From contig JAOZNQ010000003.1 in NCBI GenBank assembly GCA_029933705.1, positions 1-33,743 of the forward strand: 33,743 bases of DNA. The letters run 5' to 3'. The notes under the pieces were generated by a model that saw nothing but the letters and a program-made list of their open reading frames with translations, did no database searches and had not been told where the DNA came from. Within the stretch, counting starts at the first letter, position 1, and each line of letters begins with the position of its first letter. Position numbers and translations under genes: made by a program. Below, piece after piece: positions 22,991-31,971 of this stretch. This DNA comes from a bacterium. GTDB lineage: Bacteria > Hydrothermota > Tepidihabitantia > SM23-42.

Positions 22991-24905
22991 TTTAGGAACA
23001 ACAAATTCTTGCCTGGCAGTGATGGAAGGTGGTCAGCCCGTAATAATTCCTAATCCCGAGGGAGGAAGGACAACACCTTCAGTGGTTGCATTTACAAAGA
23101 GCGGTGAGCGACTGGTTGGACCCCTGGCCAAGAGGCAGGCAATTACAAATCCGGAAAATACAATTTATTCAATAAAACGGTTTATGGGTCGAAGATATCA
23201 AGAGGTTGCCAATGAAGTGGCTCGATTCCCCTATAAGGTTGTTGAACACGAAAATGGCGATGCCTGGGTAAAGGTGGGAGATAAAACCTATTCACCTCCA
23301 GAAATTTCAGCAATGATTCTTCAATATCTGAAACAGGCAGCTGAGGCCTATCTCGGTGAAAAGGTAACCAAGGCGGTAATTACGGTTCCTGCATATTTCA
23401 ATGACTCACAACGTCAGGCGACAAAGGATGCAGGTCGGATTGCTGGATTGGAGGTCCTCCGTATCATTAATGAGCCCACGGCATCATCCCTTGCCTACGG
23501 GTTAGAAAAGAAGAAGAACGAGAGGATTGCTGTATATGATTTCGGGGGTGGAACATTTGATATTTCAATTCTTGAAATCGGCGAAGGTGTCTTCGAGGTA
23601 AAGTCGACCAATGGTGATATCCACTTGGGTGGCGATGATTTAGATGAGAGAATTATGAACTTCATCGCCGATGAATTTATGAAAGAACACGGTATAGATT
23701 TGAGAAAAGACCTGACCGCCCTCCAGCGGCTGAAAGAGGCTGCGGAAAAGGCAAAGTGTGAACTCTCCAGTGTTATGGAAACAACAATAAGTTTACCATT
23801 CATCGCCTCAGACAAGGATAAGACACCGCTCCACCTCGAGATGAAACTTACCCGGGCAAAGCTTGAATCTTTGGTTGAGGATTTGATTCAACGGTCTATT
23901 CCGCCCTGTAAGCAAGCCCTGCTTGATGCAAAATTGAACCCTCAGGATATCGATGAGATTGTTCTGGTCGGAGGTCAGACCAGAATGCCCAGGATTCAAC
24001 AGATAGTTCGTGATTTCTTTGGTAAGGATCCCCACAAAGGGATTAATCCTGATGAGGTTGTAGCAATCGGTGCCGCGATTCAGGGAGCGGTTTTGGGCGG
24101 TGAGAAAAAGGATATTCTATTGCTTGATGTTACACCGCTTACCTTAGGAATTGAGACCTTAGGCCAGGTGATGACGCCGATAATTCCCCGCAATACCACT
24201 ATCCCGACGAAGAAATCCCAGATATTCACCACTGCCGAGGATAATCAGACTGCGGTTACGGTTCATGTATTACAGGGAGAACGACCAATGGCATATCAGA
24301 ATAGGACCCTGGGAAAGTTTGACCTCTATGGCATTCCTCCTGCACCCCGTGGTATTCCACAGATTGAAGTGACATTTGATATCGATGCAGATGGAATCCT
24401 GCATGTCTCAGCTAAGGATATGGGAACCGGTAAGGAGCAGAAAATAAAGATTACTGCATCGAGTGGTTTAACAAAAGATGAGATCGATCGAATGGTCAAA
24501 GAGGCTGAGGAGCATGCTGCTGAGGACCGCAAGCAGAAAGAACTTATCGATATCAGGAATCAGGCAGACAGTGTAATATACTCAGTGGAGAAGACCCTAA
24601 GGGATTATGGTGAGAAGATATCCTTTGAAGATCGGAGTGAAATCGGTAAAAAATTGGAAGAGCTGAAAAAGAAGAAGGAAGGTAATGATGTCTCTGCAAT
24701 TAAACAGGCGATGGATGATCTACAACAATCTGTGTACAAACTCTCTGAAGCGGTCTATCGTGATGCAGCAGCCCAGCAGGCTGGTGCCCAGACCCAGGGA
24801 CCAGAACCCGGTCCATCCGAACAGAAACCAGAAGAACCAGGTTCAGGTGGAGATACCGGAGCCGACTATCGGGTGGTGGATGAGGAGGGTGATAAGGAGC
24901 AGTAA
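22968..24905 (+). CDS. dnaK: Molecular chaperone DnaK (Hsp70)
   Basis: Starts [14 protein letters not shown] behind AAGGAGGTG. Contains DLGGGTFD-type motifs ([11 protein letters not shown]) and [10 protein letters not shown]. The start at 22968 lies inside the grpE 3' end. The ORF-track start at 22935 is an upstream extension. Confidence 0.97.
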   Translation: MSKIIGIDLGTTNSCLAVMEGGQPVIIPNPEGGRTTPSVVAFTKSGERLVGPLAKRQAITNPENTIYSIKRFMGRRYQEVANEVARFPYKVVEHENGDAWVKVGDKTYSPPEISAMILQYLKQAAEAYLGEKVTKAVITVPAYFNDSQRQATKDAGRIAGLEVLRIINEPTASSLAYGLEKKKNERIAVYDFGGGTFDISILEIGEGVFEVKSTNGDIHLGGDDLDERIMNFIADEFMKEHGIDLRKDLTALQRLKEAAEKAKCELSSVMETTISLPFIASDKDKTPLHLEMKLTRAKLESLVEDLIQRSIPPCKQALLDAKLNPQDIDEIVLVGGQTRMPRIQQIVRDFFGKDPHKGINPDEVVAIGAAIQGAVLGGEKKDILLLDVTPLTLGIETLGQVMTPIIPRNTTIPTKKSQIFTTAEDNQTAVTVHVLQGERPMAYQNRTLGKFDLYGIPPAPRGIPQIEVTFDIDADGILHVSAKDMGTGKEQKIKITASSGLTKDEIDRMVKEAEEHAAEDRKQKELIDIRNQADSVIYSVEKTLRDYGEKISFEDRSEIGKKLEELKKKKEGNDVSAIKQAMDDLQQSVYKLSEAVYRDAAAQQAGAQTQGPEPGPSEQKPEEPGSGGDTGADYRVVDEEGDKEQ

Positions 24906-24913
24906 TCGAAAAC

Positions 24914-24928
24914 CGACCCTCCGGGTCG
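24914..24928 (+). other. Small dnaK-dnaJ intergenic hairpin
   Basis: CGACCC-TCC-GGGTCG with no T-tract. It could be an mRNA stability or processing element. Confidence 0.3.
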
Positions 24929-24938
24929 AATTACAGAA

Positions 24939-26045
24939 ATGAAAAAGGACTATTACCAAATACTCGGGGTTTCCAGGAATGCTACCCAGGAAGAGATAAA
25001 ACGCGCCTACCGGGATAAGGCAAAACAGTATCATCCGGATATGAACCCGCAAAATAAGAAGGAGGCTGAAGAGCGATTTAAGGAAATCTCAGAAGCCTAC
25101 GAAGTCTTGATGGATCCCCAGAAACGGAGGTTATATGACCAATATGGGCATGATGGTGTGTCTCAAACCTTTAAAGGTGGTGGATTCAGCTGGGATGATT
25201 TTACACATTTTGATGACCTCCAGGATATCCTGGGAAATCTATTCGGTGGTTCAATCTTTGAAGATTTCTTTGGTTTCGGCCGGCCCCGTACCCAGGCCAG
25301 GTCAAAAAGGGGCGGTGATATTCATGTAATATTAAGGGTATCACTGGAAGAAATTGTATCTTCAGCAAAAAAGCGTTTCCGGATAAATCGTTATGAACGG
25401 TGTCCACTATGTAAAGGTAAGGGGGGAACCGAACTGACAACCTGTCCCCAGTGCGGTGGTCGGGGTCAGGTCAGAACCCAGACAAGGAGTTTCTTTGGAA
25501 CATTTACAAGTGTTTCAATCTGTCCCCGATGTCAGGGCAGAGGACAGGTTATAAAAATCCCCTGTAAAAAATGTGGAGGAACCGGCAGAGTGCGGGTCAA
25601 CCGAACAATCGAGATCAAAATCCCAAGGGGCGTTGCTAATGGCCAATATATTGTATTGAAAGGTGAAGGCCACTATGGTATGGGTGGCAATGGAAACATC
25701 CTGATTGAGTTTGAAGAAAAACCCCATGAGTACTTTGAACGTCAGGGTTATAACCTCTATCTGAGACTCCTTGTTCCCTATTCTCGATTAATTACCGGCG
25801 GGGCTGTAGAAATTCCCAGCCTTAATGGTAGAAAGGATAAGATTAAAATTCCCAGAGGCAGCACCGCACCCCAGATAATTCGAGTAAAGGGTAAGGGGAT
25901 GCCTCGACCAGACGGTGGCGCAGGCGACCTGTTTGTCGAACTCGACCTGAAGCCGTTAGAACGCACTGATCGGGAACTACAAAAGGTTATCGAAGAACTC
26001 AAAAGATATGAGGGAACACCTGTTCCCAGAAAAAGGCAAAGTTAA
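24939..26045 (+). CDS. dnaJ: Molecular chaperone DnaJ
   Basis: J domain [31 protein letters not shown], a G/F region and four CxxCxGxG repeats ([32 protein letters not shown]). Confidence 0.95.
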   Translation: MKKDYYQILGVSRNATQEEIKRAYRDKAKQYHPDMNPQNKKEAEERFKEISEAYEVLMDPQKRRLYDQYGHDGVSQTFKGGGFSWDDFTHFDDLQDILGNLFGGSIFEDFFGFGRPRTQARSKRGGDIHVILRVSLEEIVSSAKKRFRINRYERCPLCKGKGGTELTTCPQCGGRGQVRTQTRSFFGTFTSVSICPRCQGRGQVIKIPCKKCGGTGRVRVNRTIEIKIPRGVANGQYIVLKGEGHYGMGGNGNILIEFEEKPHEYFERQGYNLYLRLLVPYSRLITGGAVEIPSLNGRKDKIKIPRGSTAPQIIRVKGKGMPRPDGGAGDLFVELDLKPLERTDRELQKVIEELKRYEGTPVPRKRQS

Positions 26046-26053
26046 TTCCCCCA

Positions 26054-26803
26054 ATGCCGAGGGGACAATCCCAAGCCCGTTATTCAAAATCGTACCATAA
26101 CCTGTTCTACGCACCAAAAGAGCAGATTTTTGGTAATAAGATAGTAATTCAAGGAGACGAATTTCACCATATCAAGAATGTTTTACGAAAAAGATGCGGA
26201 GATATCATATTTGTTACCGATGGTGCAGGCAATAGATTCAAAGCAAAGATAATAGATATAAAGACCTCTGCACTGACCGCATATGTCTTGAAGACCGAGC
26301 GTTTCAAAGATAAAAACAGTATGGAATTGAGTTTAGCATTCGTGCCGCTCAAAGGGGCAAGAAACAACTATATTATTGAGAAAGGAACTGAACTCGGAGT
26401 AAGAATTTTTTTTCTTTTTCTCTCAAAATTTTCGGTTATTAGAGAAATATCTTCTCAGAAATTGGCACGGTTGAGAAAAATTGCAGGTTCTGCAATGCTC
26501 CAATCACAACGTTTCTATTATCCAGAATTTATTGTCAAACAGAGCCTGTTGGAGTTGGTGGATGAGTTTGAAAACTTCGACCTCATATTGGTTGCGGATA
26601 TAAAGGGTGAAGCCAAAATTCCTGTAGGCAGAAGGAGGGTCCTCTATATCGTTGGCCCGGAAGGGGGGTTTGATGAAAATGAGTTGAAGATGTTGACTAA
26701 ACACCAGGGGGTATTAATATCTCTGGGCATGAATCGCCTGCGCAGCGAAACCGCAGCGATTGTTGGAATCATAAAGATTCTTACTACCTATAAATTGATT
26801 TGA
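26054..26803 (+). CDS. rsmE: 16S rRNA (uracil1498-N3)-methyltransferase
   Basis: PUA-like N-terminus with GDEFHHIKNVLRKRCGDII.VTDG.G and a C-terminal SPOUT motif IVGPEGGFDENE...LGMNRLRSETA. It follows dnaJ as in many grpE-dnaK-dnaJ clusters. Confidence 0.85.
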   Translation: MPRGQSQARYSKSYHNLFYAPKEQIFGNKIVIQGDEFHHIKNVLRKRCGDIIFVTDGAGNRFKAKIIDIKTSALTAYVLKTERFKDKNSMELSLAFVPLKGARNNYIIEKGTELGVRIFFLFLSKFSVIREISSQKLARLRKIAGSAMLQSQRFYYPEFIVKQSLLELVDEFENFDLILVADIKGEAKIPVGRRRVLYIVGPEGGFDENELKMLTKHQGVLISLGMNRLRSETAAIVGIIKILTTYKLI

Positions 26804-26902
26804 AAACTCCCCAAGTAGAAGATTTACTATAAATGCCTGATATGACCTTTTCTCACATTTGTCAAATGTTTACGGTTGTTCCTCCAACTATTTTGCTGTT
26901 TA

Positions 26903-26931
26903 TTGACAGCAACCGCAATAGTGGGTAGAAT
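26903..26931 (+). promoter_or_regulatory. sigma70-type promoter of cca; implies a leaderless transcript
   Basis: TTGACA (26903-26908), 17-nt spacer, TAGAAT (26926-26931). The ATG at 26937 is 5 nt downstream. The -35 box sits inside the inverted repeat TTGCTGT/ACAGCAA. Confidence 0.6.
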
Positions 26932-26936
26932 AGTGT

Positions 26937-28298
26937 ATGCAGGGGCTTAAGGAATTTATTTTGCAGGACGCATATATTAAAAAAATTCAGCACTGTGGTG
27001 CTGGATTGAGGATTTTCCTTGTGGGTGGGACAGTTCGTGATATCCTCCTTGGATTGAACCCGACCGATTACGACTTTGCGGTATCGGGTTCTGGTGTTTC
27101 GTTTGCCCGCCGGATTGCCCAAAAGCTTAAGGGTGCATTTGTTTTATTGAGTAGCAAGGACGATGAGGCAAGGGTAGTAGTAAATGGAGTAATATTCGAT
27201 TTTATCGGCATCGGAGATGGATATATTGAAGACGATTTATTGCGGCGTGATTTTACTATTAATGCGATGGCCATCGATCTTAAGACCCATAAATTTTTTG
27301 ACCCCTGTAAAGGTTTCAAGGATCTGAAACGGGGTATCCTGCGTGTACCAGGTCCCAGGAATCTCATCGATGATCCCTTGAGGGTCTTAAGGGGTTTTAG
27401 ATTCAGCGTTGAATTGGGATTCCGGCTTGATAAAACTTTTTATAAACAGGTGCCGGAGGTAAATCTAAGCGATGTAGCACCGGAACGGATTGGATTTGAA
27501 ATCGTAAAAATAATGTCTGCAGCGAAAACATTTGATACTATTCTGAAGATGAACCAGCTCGGCATCTTCAGGAAGCTCTTTCCTGAGGCCAGAAAGTTGA
27601 TTGACGATTTTGAACTTTGGGACCATTCACTTAATACCTATCAGGCGATTGAATTTTTGATGTCAGGTGGATTTTTCACTGAACTGAAACCTCAATTTTC
27701 AGAATATTTTTCAAAACCCAGGAAGAAGGCCCTGGTGAAGCTGGCTGGGTTATTTCATGATGTTGCCAAACCTGACACATTTTTATTGAAAGACGGTGAG
27801 ATTCATTTTTATGGACACGACTCAATCGGGGCAAGAGTGGTTGAGGAGATGTTGAACCGTCGGCTCCGGCTATCAAGGGATGATATCGCCACGGTGAAAC
27901 GGCTCGTGAAGGAGCATATGCGGCTTCATCTTCTTGCCACTGCTCCTGAATTGACTGACCGGGCAATCCGCAGATTCTTCCGGGATTTAGGAGAAGATTG
28001 GCTCGGGGCAATGATGATTGCCTGGGCAGATGGTTATGCTACTGGAGGCAGGATAAAACATCTGAAAGAGGCCTTTACAAGGATGATTGAGTTAAAGAAG
28101 GCGGATGAAGCCAAACCTAAGATAAAACCGCTTGTGAATGGCTATGACCTGATTGATCTGGGGATGACACCAGGGCCAAAATTTAAAATCATACTCCAGG
28201 AGCTTTTTGACCTTCAACTTGAGGGCAAACTTGAGTCAAAAGAACAGGCCCTAAAGATTGCCATTAAACTCAACGAGGAAATTTCTAAAGAAACTTAG
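26937..28298 (+). CDS. cca: tRNA nucleotidyltransferase (CCA-adding enzyme / poly(A) polymerase family) with an HD domain
   Basis: LVGGTVRDILLG..PTDYDFAV, RRDFTINAMA and the HD motif GLFHDVAKP. Confidence 0.85.
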   Translation: MQGLKEFILQDAYIKKIQHCGAGLRIFLVGGTVRDILLGLNPTDYDFAVSGSGVSFARRIAQKLKGAFVLLSSKDDEARVVVNGVIFDFIGIGDGYIEDDLLRRDFTINAMAIDLKTHKFFDPCKGFKDLKRGILRVPGPRNLIDDPLRVLRGFRFSVELGFRLDKTFYKQVPEVNLSDVAPERIGFEIVKIMSAAKTFDTILKMNQLGIFRKLFPEARKLIDDFELWDHSLNTYQAIEFLMSGGFFTELKPQFSEYFSKPRKKALVKLAGLFHDVAKPDTFLLKDGEIHFYGHDSIGARVVEEMLNRRLRLSRDDIATVKRLVKEHMRLHLLATAPELTDRAIRRFFRDLGEDWLGAMMIAWADGYATGGRIKHLKEAFTRMIELKKADEAKPKIKPLVNGYDLIDLGMTPGPKFKIILQELFDLQLEGKLESKEQALKIAIKLNEEISKET

Positions 28299-29461
28299 TC
28301 TTTTTTGACTTTTTCCTGAATTGCGGCGACGATAACCCCTGCCGGCACCGGGTTCTGTATGTTTATAAAAAAGAGTCGCCAGCGCCGCTTCAACTTTCTC
28401 GCAATGAGGAGTTTTGTGCCATCACGGGAGATCCTGGGATTCCAGTCAGGGAGCCTGTTATGGGTGAGTTTTATCAGGATTTTGGTTTTCAGATTGAGTT
28501 TATAGACATCCCAATCTCCATCAACATTCGATTTGAAATAGAGGATGTTATTTGTTAGAATCGGGTCGTTGTCATCGCCTTTTCCCGCGTAGATAACCTT
28601 TTCACCCGTACCATTCGTCTTCATTTTATAGATATCTTCACTACCGTCTCTTTTCGAAGAAAAGATTATTGATCTTCCATCCGCAGTGAATTTTGGGAAT
28701 CCGTCCCAGTAGTTGTTGTTGGTCAATCTCTTTATCTTTTTCGTCTTTAACTCCAATTTATAGATTTCCCATTTATATGGGTCATCTAAGTTCGAGACAT
28801 AGACAATCTCCTTTCCATCAGGCGCGAAATCCGGGGAAAAGTCATCGGCTCTATTATCGGTCAGTTTTGTTATTCTGCCGGTTTTGATATTGTATAGATA
28901 TAGCTCATCATCACCATCAACATCAGAGACAAAAACGACGGACTTGCCGTCAGGCGAAAATGCTGGGTCGGTATTCATTCCACTGCGGGTAATCCGTTTT
29001 ACAAAGGTGCCGTCCAGTTTTATGAGATAGATGTCGGCTCGGTCGAATCTCGCTGCAGCAATGGCGAGTAGCTGACCATCCGGGCTGAATACACCTTTGA
29101 ATTGGTTCATCCTTTTGAGTTTTATAAGACTGGATGGATATGGTTCGATGTCCAGAAGATTTGCGAGTAACTCCTTTAACCGGGCATCATCACATAGACC
29201 TGAGCCGAGTTCGTTTAATTTTAGATAGTGTTTGAATGCTTGCTCTGTGGAGTCGAGCCGGACGTAGGCAAGACAGAGATTATAATGTGTTTGTGGATTC
29301 AGGGAGTCCTTCATCAATGCGGACCTTAAAGATTTTACCGCCTTCAAATACTCACCCTTTTTTAGCTGTTCGATTCCGATTTCCAGGCCGCTTTTTTGCT
29401 TACAATGATAGAGAAAGAAACTAAACAGGAATAACAGATATATTATTCTTTTAATGTTCAT
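28295..29461 (-). CDS. TPR plus WD40-like (PD40/TolB-type) beta-propeller periplasmic protein
   Basis: Signal peptide MNIKRIIYLLFLFSFFLYHC, TPR-like helices, and repeated FSPDG / FAPDG / FTADG / ISRDG propeller blades. The ATG at 29461 (AGGAGG 10 nt upstream) is preferred over 29482. Confidence 0.75.
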   Translation of the reverse strand: MNIKRIIYLLFLFSFFLYHCKQKSGLEIGIEQLKKGEYLKAVKSLRSALMKDSLNPQTHYNLCLAYVRLDSTEQAFKHYLKLNELGSGLCDDARLKELLANLLDIEPYPSSLIKLKRMNQFKGVFSPDGQLLAIAAARFDRADIYLIKLDGTFVKRITRSGMNTDPAFSPDGKSVVFVSDVDGDDELYLYNIKTGRITKLTDNRADDFSPDFAPDGKEIVYVSNLDDPYKWEIYKLELKTKKIKRLTNNNYWDGFPKFTADGRSIIFSSKRDGSEDIYKMKTNGTGEKVIYAGKGDDNDPILTNNILYFKSNVDGDWDVYKLNLKTKILIKLTHNRLPDWNPRISRDGTKLLIARKLKRRWRLFFINIQNPVPAGVIVAAIQEKVKKD

Positions 29462-30374
29462 CTCTTTGAAACCTCCTAACATTTTTATAGATTTTTATTC
29501 CCTGCTTAATTGCTGTAATCAAGCCAGAAGTTTGTGCTAAATTTTTACCAGCAATGTCGAGGGCTGCACCATAAAGGGGTGAAATGCGGATTATCGGCAG
29601 GCCCAAGGTAAAGTTGAGCCCATCTTTTTTTGATTTCAAAAAGATCATTGCCTGATCATGGTAGATCGCAAGGTAGGCATCAAAATTGCGATTATAGATT
29701 GAGTCAGCTGAGAATGGTCCCTGTGCATCGATACCTTTTTTCCTGGCCTTTTCCACCCCGGCCTTTATTATTTCATCTTCGCCCAGACTGAATTCAAATG
29801 GATGGGGATTGAGCCCACAAACACCGATTGAACCTTTAACTTTGTTAAAATATTTTTTTAGACCCCAGTGAAGGAGCTGAATCTTTTGAAAAACTGCGTA
29901 AGCGGTGAGTTTTTTGAATATCATACGCAGGGGAAGATGGGTGGTCATAAGCATAATCCTTTTGTCCCGCCATAATCCAACCATTGCGTATTTCCTGGTT
30001 TGATAGTATTGTGCGAGATATTCAGTATGGCCGATGAAGTCTGGATGGGAGAGTTTGATTACCTCTTTGACGATCGGGGTGGTAATTATGATATCCAAAT
30101 TCGCTTTCAAAGCCTGATCAATTGATTCCATTGCTACCTGCCCGGTTTTTTTATTCGGTTTACCATAGTAAAAATCGCAATCCCTTACACAATCAACAAT
30201 CATACATTTTATCTTTTTGAAGTTCTTTGTTAGACCGAGATCTGAGGCGGTTCTTTTCAGAATATTTTTATTGGCAAAGATATAGAGTTTGTCTCGAGAA
30301 AATAGTGGTAATGCCTTAAGGATAATTTCCGGGCCAATACCTGCAGGGTCTCCGATGGTGATACCAATCTTCAT
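29451..30374 (-). CDS. pdxA: 4-hydroxythreonine-4-phosphate dehydrogenase
   Basis: Starts MKIGITIGDPAGIGPEIILKAL, with HTEYL and YHDQ motifs. Length is 307 aa. Confidence 0.88.
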   Translation of the reverse strand: MKIGITIGDPAGIGPEIILKALPLFSRDKLYIFANKNILKRTASDLGLTKNFKKIKCMIVDCVRDCDFYYGKPNKKTGQVAMESIDQALKANLDIIITTPIVKEVIKLSHPDFIGHTEYLAQYYQTRKYAMVGLWRDKRIMLMTTHLPLRMIFKKLTAYAVFQKIQLLHWGLKKYFNKVKGSIGVCGLNPHPFEFSLGEDEIIKAGVEKARKKGIDAQGPFSADSIYNRNFDAYLAIYHDQAMIFLKSKKDGLNFTLGLPIIRISPLYGAALDIAGKNLAQTSGLITAIKQGIKIYKNVRRFQRDEH

Positions 30375-30376
30375 TT

Positions 30377-30628
30377 TTAGATTTCTGTAATTTCCTGATA
30401 ATAGAGATTTCTTTCTGCCTTTTTAACATTGCCGGTAGGGATATCCTGGATGAGAAATTTCCGTGTGCCTTTGGGCGTCTCAATCTCAAGGAGGTCACCA
30501 ATATTTACCGCCTTTGAAGGCTTGACATAGTGACCGTTCAGCCGAACATAGTTTTTGTCACACATTATTTTCGCAATATTCCTTTTTTTAATGATCTGAG
30601 TTTTTTTCAGAAATTGGTCGATACGCAT
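30377..30628 (-). CDS. RNA-binding S4 domain protein
   Basis: MRIDQFLKKTQIIKKRNIAKIMCDKNYVRLNGHYVKPSKAVNIGDLLEI is a typical S4 alpha-L motif. Length is 83 aa. Confidence 0.72.
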   Translation of the reverse strand: MRIDQFLKKTQIIKKRNIAKIMCDKNYVRLNGHYVKPSKAVNIGDLLEIETPKGTRKFLIQDIPTGNVKKAERNLYYQEITEI

Positions 30629-30633
30629 AGAAC

Positions 30634-30661
30634 ATTATAAAAATTTGTCTGGAAAAGTCAA
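30634..30661 (-). promoter_or_regulatory. sigma70-type promoter of the S4-pdxA-TolB-like operon; implies a leaderless transcript
   Basis: On the minus strand: TTGACT (30661-30656), 16-nt spacer, TATAAT (30639-30634). The ATG at 30628 is 5 nt downstream. Confidence 0.6.
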
Positions 30662-30731
30662 GGATGCTGGTTTATTCCGTCAGTTATTTTTTACATCCGC
30701 AATGCCATTCTGGTCGAAAAGAAGTTTGTTG

Positions 30732-30759
30732 TTGACTTTGTCAAATTTTCGATTATGAT
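30732..30759 (+). promoter_or_regulatory. sigma70-type promoter of apgM-purH; implies a leaderless transcript
   Basis: TTGACT (30732-30737), 16-nt spacer, TATGAT (30754-30759). The ATG at 30767 is 7 nt downstream. The ORF-track ATG at 30755 lies inside the -10 box. Confidence 0.6.
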
Positions 30760-30766
30760 AACAACT

Positions 30767-31969
30767 ATGAACGAACCGGTTGATTTTCTGAAAGACCTAT
30801 TGATAAAAAATGAAAAAAAGATAATCCTGATTGTCCTTGACGGCCTGGGCGATCTTCCTGCTCCTGAAAAGACCGCACTGGAGATTGCCCGAACCCCAAA
30901 TCTTGACCGTTTGGCAAAGGCAAGTAGCCTGGGCCAGACGGTCCCGATTGCACCGGGTATAACCCCGGGAAGCGGGCCGGCCCATCTTGCGCTGTTCGGT
31001 TATGACCCCATAAAGCATCAGATTGGACGGGGGGTGCTGGAGGCGTTGGGTATAGGACTTGATGTAGGGAAGAATGAACTGGCGGTACGGGCAAATTTTG
31101 CAACAATCAAGAATGGGATTATTATTGACCGCAGGGCAGGCAGGATTGCAACTTCAGAATGCATAAGGTTGTGTAAAAAACTGCAGTTGGCGATTAAGTC
31201 TATTGGTGATGTGGAGGTTATTATCCGGCCTGCAAAGGAACACCGATTTGTGATTAAATTCAGAGGCCGAGGACTTTCTGATGAACTTACTGATGCTGAT
31301 CCCCAGAAGGAAAACCTCAGGGCGGTTGAAGCAAAGCCTGTAAATAAGAAGGCAAAACCTACCGCCCGGTTGATAAATGAATTTATCAGAATGGCGGCAG
31401 AGGCGTTGAAACACGAGCCCAAGGCAAACTATGTTCTTTTACGGGGTTATGCAAAGAATCCCGAACTTGAACCGATGTCTGAACGGTATGGTTTGAACCC
31501 GGTAGCAATCGCCACCTACCCGATGTATCGAGGGATTGCACGACTTGTCGGGATGGAGGTTTTGAAGACCGGAGAGAGGATTTCAGATCAGGTGAAGACC
31601 CTTAAAGAAAATTATATCAATTATAACTTCTTCTTTTTCCATGTGAAGGGAACCGATAGAGCAGGTGAGGATGGAGATCAGCCTTCAAAGGTGGCGTGTC
31701 TTGAGGAATTTGATAAAAGTTTACCGGATATTATTAAGTTGAAGCCTGATGTATTATGCATCACCGGCGACCATTCGACCCCTACCATACTGCACTCCCA
31801 CTCCTGGCATCCCAACCCTTTCTTATTAAATTCGAAATTTATCTTTCCGGATAAGAAGATATTTACTGAAAGGAATTGTGCTTCTGGCAATTTGGGTACG
31901 ATGAGGGCCCTTGATGTGATGCCCCTGTTATTGGCACATTCCTTAAAACTTAAAAAATTTGGAGCATAA
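30767..31969 (+). CDS. apgM: Cofactor-independent phosphoglycerate mutase, archaeal-type (ApgM family)
   Basis: [38 protein letters not shown] and ITGDHSTP motifs. Confidence 0.85.
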   Translation: MNEPVDFLKDLLIKNEKKIILIVLDGLGDLPAPEKTALEIARTPNLDRLAKASSLGQTVPIAPGITPGSGPAHLALFGYDPIKHQIGRGVLEALGIGLDVGKNELAVRANFATIKNGIIIDRRAGRIATSECIRLCKKLQLAIKSIGDVEVIIRPAKEHRFVIKFRGRGLSDELTDADPQKENLRAVEAKPVNKKAKPTARLINEFIRMAAEALKHEPKANYVLLRGYAKNPELEPMSERYGLNPVAIATYPMYRGIARLVGMEVLKTGERISDQVKTLKENYINYNFFFFHVKGTDRAGEDGDQPSKVACLEEFDKSLPDIIKLKPDVLCITGDHSTPTILHSHSWHPNPFLLNSKFIFPDKKIFTERNCASGNLGTMRALDVMPLLLAHSLKLKKFGA

Positions 31970-31971
31970 AG

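Noticed and set aside
26855-26869. The palindrome ACATTTG-T-CAAATGT downstream of rsmE, considered as a terminator or operator.
   Set aside because: The loop is too small for a stable hairpin and there is no T-tract. It is a single occurrence with no supporting context, so it is noted but not called.
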